Source: Candidatus Scatocola faecipullorum
GTDB lineage: Bacteria; Pseudomonadota; Alphaproteobacteria; RF32; CAG-239
DNA: 61,376 nt
Reading direction: 5' to 3'
Assembly: GCA_018714685.1 (NCBI GenBank)
Contig: DVNC01000036.1
Location: forward strand, 1 to 61,376
Positions within the stretch are counted from its first letter, which is position 1. Each line of letters begins with the position of its first letter. Under the pieces are notes generated by a model. The model was not told the DNA's origin. It ran no database searches and saw only the letters and a list, made by a program, of their open reading frames with translations. The translations under genes and the position numbers were made by a program. Positions 45,012 to 53,113 of this stretch are shown piece after piece.

Positions 45012-48000
45012 TTATATGGTTCCCTGCGGCTTATAAGGTTCATTTGGGGCTTCTCCGGTCTCTAAATCGGCCAAACCGGGCCCGTCGCCGATGTCTTCGG
45101 GAATTTTAAATGTTTCTTCCTCCTTGGCGGTTTCAAGATTGTCATAAACATTATCCTGAAAATAAACTTCCCCGCTGTACATCGAGCTTAGTGAGGTCGT
45201 TTCGGTTTCCGCCGGTGTTTGCAAAGCTGTTTCGGGGCGATAGGGATCGTCTGTCGGAGTTGTTTCCGCACTTTCTGTTTGCTGCGGGAATTCGGCTGTG
45301 CTGCCGTCATCTTCGGGAACTTCTTCATATTCCCATTCCCAGTCGCTTCCTTCGCCGCTTTCGGCCTGATATGTTTCTTCACCCTCGGGAATTTCAACAT
45401 ATTCCCACTCACCGTCGCCGTTTCCTGCCTCGGCTTCTTCTTCCGGAACCTCGACATACTCCCAGTCTTCGTCGGCGCCGGCCTCGTCTTCGGGAATTTC
45501 GACATATTCCCAGCCTTCATCCTCACTTTGGGTTTGAATGGCAGAACCGGCATCTGCGGCAGAAGTTCCTTCGTCTTCGGAAACTTCTTCATAGTCCCAT
45601 TCCCAATCCTGGGCCTCATAGCTTTCAGTGTCCGGGCCTGTCGGAACTGCTGCGGAGCTGTTCGCCGGTTGTGCCGTTTCGGCTGTGTTGCCGTCATCTT
45701 CGGAAACTTCTTCATACTCCCATTCCCAGTCGCCTTCCGCCGTATTTCCATCAACACTTTCGGCAACGCTTTCTTCTTCGGGAACCGCAACATATTCCCA
45801 ACCCTCGTCGGTATTTTCTGCCGAAGCTTCGTCGGTTGCGGCAGTATCCGGCTCGGTCGCGGTTTCTTCTTCGGGAACGGCAGCATATTCCCAGCCTTCG
45901 TCGGCAATTTCTGCCGGAGTTTCGTCGGTTGCGGCGGTATCCGGCTCGGCAATGTTTTCTTCATCGGGAACCGCAGCATATTCCCAACCCTCGTCGGCAT
46001 TTTCTGCCGGAGCTTCGGTGGTTACAGCGGTATCCGGCTCAGCCGCGGTTTCTTCTTCGGGAACCGCAACATATTCCCAGCCTTCGTCGGCATTTTCTGC
46101 CGGAGCTTCGTCGGTTACGGCGGTATCCGGCTCGGCCGCGGTTTCCTCAGGAGAAACTGTGTCTTCGCTAAGCGGAGAATTTTGTATCGGCTTGCTAATA
46201 TCTTCCGTTTCCGCCGAAGAGGTATCGGCCTCAATGCCCCAGTCGGTGGCAATTTCCTCACTCGGTAAATCTACCGGTTCGGCAGGAATATTTTCTGCCG
46301 GAAATTCTTCCGTTGTCGTATGATATCCCCAGTCGTCATTGTCCGCAAGAACCGCGGAAGACTGTTCCTCAGAGGCCGGTTCTTCCGTTTGAGCGGTTTG
46401 CTCCGGCTGAAGTTGGGACAAAATTTCTTCTGCCGGAACTTCGACATACTCCCATTGGTCTTCATCGGCGGCAGTATCTTCGGAAGCCGGAGAGAGTTCT
46501 GCGGTTTTTTCCGGTTCGGCCGCGGCAGACGGTACATCATTGTCAAACAGTGAGAAATCCAGACCGCCGTTTGATGCCTCTTGCTTCTCAGGGAAAGAAA
46601 AATCATTTGCTGCTTTTTCTGCGGGATCTTCTTCTTTTTGATTCTTTTTACCGCTCAGATTACTGACTTTGTCTGTCAGTGTGCTGACCTTATCAAACAG
46701 GGAAGAGGCCAGACTGTCCAGAGACAAACCTTCACTGTTTTTCTTTTTTTTCTTCTTCTTTTTTTTCTTTTTTTGTACGGCAATTTCTTCACCGCCGGCA
46801 ATAATTTCAGTATCATCGTTGTCTTCGGTATCGTCGCCGAAAATTTCTCTGCTGATATCGGTGGTCTGAATAACCGGAGCAGCCGGCGCTGCGTTTATTT
46901 CTTCGTCAGGCAAGGGCCGCAGCGGCTCAGCCCGGGGAACCGGCGAAACATGGTAATCTTCCGGCACAGCCTGCGCCGCCGGAGCCGTATAGACAACGGG
47001 ATGAGCCTGCAGAAATTTCAGGTTTTCTTTCTGCATTTCTTTGATGGCTGTAATAATCGACTGTGTCGAAAGCTGCTGGCTTTCTTTCAGAGCCAGCGTA
47101 ATGATAGATGACAACTCGCTGGTTTGGGTTTTAGCCATTTCTCTGAACAGTTCCGACTGAATTTTGACAATGCCGTTCAGCATCTCATCCACCGGCGGAA
47201 AGGTTGCTGCGGTGTTTATCTGAATATTGTTGGCATTGTTGTTTGAACTTGAAGCATTGGCAGCCGTGTTGTTCTGAACCAGCATTTGCGCCAGCCGGTT
47301 TTGAGCCTCGATATTGGCCTTGTTGTTCTGAGCCATGATCTCTGCCAGTTTGTTTTGCGACGAAACAATAGCCTGTGTAACCGCTTCGGAATCTTTTTTA
47401 CGAATATCGTCGTTAGCGGCAATAGCTTCTTTGAGCGCCGAGGCGATTTCTTTGGCAAAGGACGCATCAGCCGTAAACGTCGAACTTATCGGCTGGAAAA
47501 CGGTTTTGGCCGGAGAGGCCTGCCCGGTTTGCTGTGCCTGTTGTTGGGCTTGTAGTTGCGCCTGTGCCTGAGCCAAAGCTTGCGCCTGGGCTTGTATCTG
47601 TGCCTGAGCGGCGGCAGCCGCTTCTTTCGCTGCCTGCGCAGCCTGAACGGCTATCTTGGCCTGTGCTTCCGCCGCAGCCCGGGCCGCGGCTTCTGCGGCT
47701 GCCTGAGCCGCAATCTGTGCCGTTTCTGCCTGAGTATCCGCAGAGGGGGTGTGATGCTGGTTGTTTGCTTCAGCCAAAGCCGTTGCCAGAATTTTGGCCC
47801 GGGTCTCTTCTTCATAATCAGCCTGCGGTGCTGCATCGGGCGTGCTGCGAACCAAACCGTTTTTTTCTTCCAGCTCGTCAACATACTGCTGCAAAACGGC
47901 TCCGCCCGGCAACGAACTGAACATGCCGCGGATTTCTGCCGGCTGTTCCAATATCATTTGGTTGAAGGCTTGTTTTCTTTCGTCGGTAAAAATATGCAGC

Positions 48001-48101
48001 TGCCGGAAGATGTTTAAAAAGCGCTGCGCAATAATAACCGGGTCATCCTCTGTCCCGATTTTATTGTAGTTCTTTTTTGTTTTTCCGGCCGTTTCTATCA
48101 A
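45012..48101 (-). CDS. 1029-aa highly acidic protein with WEY repeats and a poly-Lys tract
   Basis: Long ORF (TTG start) with no signal peptide or TM. A/Q coiled coil, 11 consecutive Lys (46740-46772) and ~11 acidic W-E-(W-E/D)-Y motifs. Confidence 0.8.
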   Translation of the reverse strand: MIETAGKTKKNYNKIGTEDDPVIIAQRFLNIFRQLHIFTDERKQAFNQMILEQPAEIRGMFSSLPGGAVLQQYVDELEEKNGLVRSTPDAAPQADYEEETRAKILATALAEANNQHHTPSADTQAETAQIAAQAAAEAAARAAAEAQAKIAVQAAQAAKEAAAAAQAQIQAQAQALAQAQAQLQAQQQAQQTGQASPAKTVFQPISSTFTADASFAKEIASALKEAIAANDDIRKKDSEAVTQAIVSSQNKLAEIMAQNNKANIEAQNRLAQMLVQNNTAANASSSNNNANNIQINTAATFPPVDEMLNGIVKIQSELFREMAKTQTSELSSIITLALKESQQLSTQSIITAIKEMQKENLKFLQAHPVVYTAPAAQAVPEDYHVSPVPRAEPLRPLPDEEINAAPAAPVIQTTDISREIFGDDTEDNDDTEIIAGGEEIAVQKKKKKKKKKKKNSEGLSLDSLASSLFDKVSTLTDKVSNLSGKKNQKEEDPAEKAANDFSFPEKQEASNGGLDFSLFDNDVPSAAAEPEKTAELSPASEDTAADEDQWEYVEVPAEEILSQLQPEQTAQTEEPASEEQSSAVLADNDDWGYHTTTEEFPAENIPAEPVDLPSEEIATDWGIEADTSSAETEDISKPIQNSPLSEDTVSPEETAAEPDTAVTDEAPAENADEGWEYVAVPEEETAAEPDTAVTTEAPAENADEGWEYAAVPDEENIAEPDTAATDETPAEIADEGWEYAAVPEEETATEPDTAATDEASAENTDEGWEYVAVPEEESVAESVDGNTAEGDWEWEYEEVSEDDGNTAETAQPANSSAAVPTGPDTESYEAQDWEWDYEEVSEDEGTSAADAGSAIQTQSEDEGWEYVEIPEDEAGADEDWEYVEVPEEEAEAGNGDGEWEYVEIPEGEETYQAESGEGSDWEWEYEEVPEDDGSTAEFPQQTESAETTPTDDPYRPETALQTPAETETTSLSSMYSGEVYFQDNVYDNLETAKEEETFKIPEDIGDGPGLADLETGEAPNEPYKPQGTI
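45781..46152 (-). repeat. Intragenic tandem repeat, 4 x 93 bp (31 aa)
   Basis: Units start at 45781, 45874, 45967 and 46060 (plus strand); peptide EEETAAEPDTAVTxEAPAENADEGWEYxAVP. Confidence 0.9.
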
Positions 48102-48212
48102 TTTTTTACCCGAATCTGTCTCTCATCAGTTTAAAATCTATCCATATTACCGATTTTACTTCTGATGTTGTAAATTTCAGGTTAATAAAACGGGGCGGAA
48201 ACGGCAGAAATC

Positions 48213-48242
48213 AAAAAAAACTCCGCCGCAGCGGAGTTTTTT
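48213..48242 (-). terminator. Intrinsic terminator after the XRE regulator
   Basis: AAAAAAAACTCCGC-cgca-GCGGAGTTTTTT adjacent to the stop at 48244. Confidence 0.85.
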
Positions 48243-48243
48243 C

Positions 48244-49215
48244 TTAAAGGTAGATTGCAACCACTTTATGAAGGCTGTTCAAATCGTCGTTGCTGATTTC
48301 AATCCGTTCATCCGGATTCCATCTCAAGCCGTAAAGCTGTCCGTTTTCATCTTCGCGGATACTGACGATTTTGGCTTCTTTTTCATTGCTGTAATAAACG
48401 GCAATGTCTCCGACGCTGACAACATCCTGCGGATCGACAAACAAAATTGAACGTGTCGGCAACAGGCTTCCGAGGCGGCGGGTGCAGAGATTAACGGCAT
48501 AAGCGTCTTTTTTGTTGTATAACTGCGGCGGACGCTGAACTTTTTTGGTCTCCTGACTGAATTCAATGATAACGTCGCCGTCTTTTCCGGCCACGCCGTA
48601 AACTGAAATTTTAACGCCGTCCTGATTGGAATTTCCGAAAGCGGAAATTGCTCCGCGCGGGGTGGACAACAGTTTGTATTTGGCATCGTTGCGCTGAATA
48701 ATCTCTTCCAGCATGCCTTTGTCTTCCAGAGCTTTAATCTGCTCTTTCAACTCTTCCGGAGCCATATTGATGGCCTTGGCAATATTTTTAAATTCTTTGT
48801 CGGAAACTTCACGCTGGCCCATTTCAATACGGTGGTAAACTGAAAGGGTCATATCGGCGCTTTCGGCAACTTCAATCAGCGTCAGGTTCTTTTCGTTGCG
48901 GATCTGACGCAAACCGGCACCCAAAGTTTTCAAACCGCTTTTTTCGTTGATTTTGTTTCTTCTCTCCTGTTCGCGCCTCCAGGATTGGACAACTTCCTGC
49001 TGGGAATTCTGTTCATTAACAAATAAATCCTGCAGCGGGCAGTCCAGAAATTCGGCAACACGAACCAGCTGCTCCTGGTCCACGCGGCGGTAACCCTTTT
49101 CAATTTTAGAGATTGCAGAAAGGCTGACGGACAAATGATCGGCAAGTTCCTGCATCGAGCGTCCGCGAAGTCTTCTGTACATTCTGATTTGGTTCGGGAA
49201 AATAATTTCTTCCAT
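48244..49215 (-). CDS. XRE-family regulator with two HTH domains and a degenerate S24/CI-like C-terminal domain
   Basis: IRMYRRLRGRSMQELADHLSVSLSAISKIEKG and LRQIRNEKNLTLIEVAESADMTLSVYHRIEMG. C-terminal VYGVAG...RPPQL...AYAV...ILFVDP..VSVGDIAV...HKVVAI. Confidence 0.85.
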   Translation of the reverse strand: MEEIIFPNQIRMYRRLRGRSMQELADHLSVSLSAISKIEKGYRRVDQEQLVRVAEFLDCPLQDLFVNEQNSQQEVVQSWRREQERRNKINEKSGLKTLGAGLRQIRNEKNLTLIEVAESADMTLSVYHRIEMGQREVSDKEFKNIAKAINMAPEELKEQIKALEDKGMLEEIIQRNDAKYKLLSTPRGAISAFGNSNQDGVKISVYGVAGKDGDVIIEFSQETKKVQRPPQLYNKKDAYAVNLCTRRLGSLLPTRSILFVDPQDVVSVGDIAVYYSNEKEAKIVSIREDENGQLYGLRWNPDERIEISNDDLNSLHKVVAIYL

Positions 49216-49335
49216 TTGAGTCCACCTTTTATTGTAATAAACACAACTTCATAATTTGTTTGTATCATAAATATAAGCGTTATATTAATCAAGAAAATAG
49301 TACAAAAAAAGACAATTTGTGTACAAATATAACTG

Positions 49336-49363
49336 TAAAGCCGGGAATTTCTTCCCGGCTTTA
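49336..49363 (-). terminator. Hairpin/terminator ending the virB6-like operon
   Basis: TAAAGCCGGGAA-tttc-TTCCCGGCTTTA, 19 bp past the stop at 49382. The U-tract is short. Confidence 0.65.
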
Positions 49364-49381
49364 ATCAAGACGGCTGCCGCC

Positions 49382-52300
49382 TTATTTTCCGAATTCGGCC
49401 ATCGGCTGGTCTTTTCCGTAAGTGGCGACTTGTTCTCTGAAAAGCTGCATATCCGCTTCGCTCATCATAATTTCGTCTGCCGGAACAGACCGGTTGAATT
49501 TGCCGTTGCTGTCCATTGAGCGGGTGTGTGCCGAATTATAGTTTTTGGCAAAGGCATAGTTGTTTTTAACGCTCTTGGCATCAACCGTGCCATCCTTGTT
49601 CAGATGGTAATTTGATTTTTTGTTGATGATGCCGTCGGACGCATAGCTTTCGGCTTTGCCGTTTTTGCCGATGTGGGTGTAAGTCAGCATATCACGCTTG
49701 TCACCCTTGGTCATCTCAAAGATGCTGGTCGAGCCGTCGGCATTGGTCTGCTTAACCCTGAAGACTTCGCGTCCCTGGTCATCCAGCGTACGGCTGACCT
49801 CGCGGTCTTTGAATTCGCGGTTCATATCTGCCCCGGGAACACCGCCCATACGTTCCTGCATCATCTGGTTCATAATCGCCTTATCGACATCGTCATTGGA
49901 CATGCCGCTGCCGCTGCGGATTGCATGAATGGCCACTTCGTTGCGGGTGCCGTCACGGTTCAGCAATGTCTTCCCGGCAGCGGTATTCATTCTTGTTTCC
50001 TCGCGAATAAGGTTTCCGTCTTTGTCATAAGTCTTCTTGTTCTGAATGAACTTGTCATTGTTAACGGAGGTTGCCTTATTGCCGCGCAGGCTCTGTTTTG
50101 CCCGTGTAACCGTTCTGGTGCCGTCCGGAGCAACTTGCAGCGTATCGGTAACCTTGCGGCCGTACCAGGTACGGTGTTGCAAAGTTTTGTTGCCGTCGGC
50201 ATCGGTTACCGTTCGGTCATCGTTTTCAATTTTTTTAGCTCGGCGGTTTACTTTATATGAGTTATAAGCTTCCCGCCCGCGGTCAAGAGCCATGCCGCCG
50301 ACTTTACGGGTTGCTTTGCCCGCTGTTTTGAGCCCTCCGATTGCCGCGGTGTTTGCCGTGGATGCGGCCAAACCGCCGACTTTCGAACCGATGTCTTTGA
50401 CGCCGATGCTCTTGGCGAAACTTCCGGCAAAGGAATTGGCTTCACCCAGAACCGCCCAGCCGAGAATCATATAGAAAACGAGTTTCAGGAATGTGGTTCC
50501 CCACCATGCCAGATTGCTCAGAATAACCTTGTAACCGCTTCGGGTTCCGACATCAGACATCGCTCCGCCGCTCTCAACCCCTGCTTTTGATAAAACATCC
50601 ATCAGACCGTTGGTCAGAATAAAGATAATCAGCGACAGGAAAATAAAGTTAAACATACAGTTAAGGAACGTATCCCACACTTTGCCCACATATTTTTGCG
50701 TTGATTTGAAAGCGTAAGCCCCGATTGCCGCCGGCAGCAGCGCCGTCGCCACCGTCAGCTGCAAAACCGAGTCAATCAGCAGGAACGGATAGATAATCAG
50801 CAGCAGAATTGCGGCAATCCACAACACAAGACCGACAATCAGATAGCCCAGATGCGGGAAGAGGGCAAGGCCGTGCCATGATTCGACATACAAAGCGACG
50901 CAAATGGATGTCGAGCCCAAAGCCATAACATCAAGAATTTTATCCTGAATGGTCTTAATTGTGCACAAAATGCTGACACCCATACTGGCCGGAAGGCCTG
51001 CACCTTTTTCTTCGGTTAAAATATCAAACGTGGATCCGTCGCAGGTTTCGCCGTTCGCACCTTCAGTCGCAATTTGCGCCAGTTTAAACCCGGTATTGAA
51101 TATCGGTTCCATCGCCAGCCGGAAAAAGTCTGCCGAATTGAGACGCAGCAGCGTGACGACAATCAGCACCAGAAACGCTTTGTTCAAAATTGTTTTAACC
51201 AGAATACTCGGATTCTTTTGCTCCATGGAGGAAATAAACTGCATAACCGTAATGCCGAGCCAGAGAGCAAAGCCGACGCAAACCAGCATGATAACGCCGT
51301 CTGCCAGTGCATTGTATGATTTTTTCGCAACCGAGCTGGCGGTATTAAACAAAACACCGAAAATATCACAGAAAATACATGTCTTGAAACTGCTGCGATA
51401 ACTTTCGACATTACATTCGCGATCGCCTTTATCTGCGGATTCGGTAGATACCGCGCCGGTATATTCATTTAAATAAGCCGGGCGGGACGCTTGCCCGAGC
51501 CGGACGGAAGCCGACGGATATTCGTCTTCTTCACAGGCGCGTTTGCCGGTAACTTTTTGTGAGGCTTCTTCCAAAGATGAGCCGTTTTCCATTTCTTTTC
51601 GAATAGCTAACGATTCGAGCGCTAATTTTTCATCTTTGGCCGCGCGTTTGGCATAAGGGGTTTTATCTGCATATCCCGAATACATGACTTCGGCATAGCT
51701 TGCATAATAAGCGGAAATAATCGTTTCGTCGGAAGCCGTTTCAAAGGTTTCGGGAGCAATTGCTCTTTGAACCGCCTGAAAATTGTTTCTCATCGGGCCG
51801 GCACCGGCAACCGCACCGGCTAAAATAATCATATCCATTTCGGGAGAGCGGTTAAGCAAACTTCCCATGCCGGCTTTTTTCAAAACACTTTTGCCGTAGC
51901 TTAAATAGTGATTTTCAATATATTCTCTTTGTGAAGTTCCGAAAGAACTGTCTTGGGAGGCTAAGGCCTGCCATTTCTGCGAAAATTGCGTAGCCGGCGG
52001 ATTGCAGGCGGCGTTAATGGTGCTTTGCAATGAGCCGCCTATTTCCAGTGCCTTATATTTACTGGGATCATTCTTCTGCAAATGTTGCAAATAACTGGCC
52101 ATTGTTGAATTATTCCATTTTGAGGAATCCCGGTAGCAGACCATTTGCGAAACGCCATAAGAACAGCCGCCTTTATCATCTGCCCAGCATTTGTTGAAAG
52201 CGCCGGCATCGCCTCCGGATTCACCCTGTTGGTGAAAAGCGGACAGATTATCTGCCGGAAGCAGTTTGCCGCATTTGCCTAAACTGGCTTCCGCCGTCAC

Positions 52301-53101
52301 CATTTGCGGATCCGGATCGTTTTCGATAACCGGTGCTTCCGGAACCGGAACGTTGCCGTCGCACAAAGCATCTGCCGAAGCGCAGGCGGGAGACAAAATC
52401 TTACCTTTTCCCGTGCCGCCGTCACGCAGTTCAATATGCAGGTGAGCGCCATATGCGCCGTGTTTGGTCGTGCCGTCCGAACAACCGGTGGTTCCGACGT
52501 AGCCGATGGTCGTTCCTTTGGCGATTTTTTCTTTGGTTCCTGCAATTTTTTTTGTTTTGTCGGCAAATTTTTGCAGATGCATATATGTTGTTGTATATTG
52601 TCCGCCGCCGGCTTTTTCATGCTGCATAATAACAGTATTGCCGCCGCCGCCGTAACAGGAGCTGATTGATAAAATAACTCCGTCGGCCGCTGCGGTAACC
52701 GGAGTCCCTTCCGGTACGGCGACATCCATCCCCTGATGTTCACGATAACATTTGCCGTCGGGATATTTTACTTTTGTGCTGTATGAACTGTTGCAACTGG
52801 TAGAACGGTGGCAGGCTTCTTCGGAAATTCGTCCGACGGAGTTGAGAGAACCTTTGGTTTCAACCGGAACAGTATTCAGACAGCCTTTTTGCATTTCTTC
52901 AATTCGGCTGTTGGGATAAAGCTTCCTTGAAGCTGCGGCACCGTCAATTTTACAGGGATGAAATTGAACGGCGCAGGTATTAGACACGTCTGCGGCCCGA
53001 GCGGAGGAGATGCCGGCCGTATTCAAGCCCAGCCATAAAACGGCGGCAAATGCCAATCCGGCTTGTCTGGTCAATTTAGATATGTTAGTCATCATCTCCA
53101 T
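49382..53101 (-). CDS. virB6: VirB6/TrbL-like protein 4, fused to an M23 peptidase and a lysozyme-like (VgrG3-type) domain
   Basis: Signal peptide, M23 motifs HQGMD, YMHL and HLHIE, then ESGG...DKGGCSYGVSQM...FSQKWQALASQDSSFGTSQREYIENHY. Followed by CIFC, a polytopic domain with LIDSVLQL...LLP....YAFKSTQKY..W, and a basic C-terminal tail. Confidence 0.75.
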   Translation of the reverse strand: MEMMTNISKLTRQAGLAFAAVLWLGLNTAGISSARAADVSNTCAVQFHPCKIDGAAASRKLYPNSRIEEMQKGCLNTVPVETKGSLNSVGRISEEACHRSTSCNSSYSTKVKYPDGKCYREHQGMDVAVPEGTPVTAAADGVILSISSCYGGGGNTVIMQHEKAGGGQYTTTYMHLQKFADKTKKIAGTKEKIAKGTTIGYVGTTGCSDGTTKHGAYGAHLHIELRDGGTGKGKILSPACASADALCDGNVPVPEAPVIENDPDPQMVTAEASLGKCGKLLPADNLSAFHQQGESGGDAGAFNKCWADDKGGCSYGVSQMVCYRDSSKWNNSTMASYLQHLQKNDPSKYKALEIGGSLQSTINAACNPPATQFSQKWQALASQDSSFGTSQREYIENHYLSYGKSVLKKAGMGSLLNRSPEMDMIILAGAVAGAGPMRNNFQAVQRAIAPETFETASDETIISAYYASYAEVMYSGYADKTPYAKRAAKDEKLALESLAIRKEMENGSSLEEASQKVTGKRACEEDEYPSASVRLGQASRPAYLNEYTGAVSTESADKGDRECNVESYRSSFKTCIFCDIFGVLFNTASSVAKKSYNALADGVIMLVCVGFALWLGITVMQFISSMEQKNPSILVKTILNKAFLVLIVVTLLRLNSADFFRLAMEPIFNTGFKLAQIATEGANGETCDGSTFDILTEEKGAGLPASMGVSILCTIKTIQDKILDVMALGSTSICVALYVESWHGLALFPHLGYLIVGLVLWIAAILLLIIYPFLLIDSVLQLTVATALLPAAIGAYAFKSTQKYVGKVWDTFLNCMFNFIFLSLIIFILTNGLMDVLSKAGVESGGAMSDVGTRSGYKVILSNLAWWGTTFLKLVFYMILGWAVLGEANSFAGSFAKSIGVKDIGSKVGGLAASTANTAAIGGLKTAGKATRKVGGMALDRGREAYNSYKVNRRAKKIENDDRTVTDADGNKTLQHRTWYGRKVTDTLQVAPDGTRTVTRAKQSLRGNKATSVNNDKFIQNKKTYDKDGNLIREETRMNTAAGKTLLNRDGTRNEVAIHAIRSGSGMSNDDVDKAIMNQMMQERMGGVPGADMNREFKDREVSRTLDDQGREVFRVKQTNADGSTSIFEMTKGDKRDMLTYTHIGKNGKAESYASDGIINKKSNYHLNKDGTVDAKSVKNNYAFAKNYNSAHTRSMDSNGKFNRSVPADEIMMSEADMQLFREQVATYGKDQPMAEFGK

Positions 53102-53113
53102 AATAACACCTGC

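Noticed and set aside
45781-46152. Possible CRISPR array
   Set aside because: The units are contiguous in-frame coding repeats with no unique spacers, and no cas genes are present.
45110-46323. Several 230-350-aa alternative-frame ORFs over the 93-bp repeats
   Set aside because: By-products of the tandem repeat inside the 1029-aa gene.
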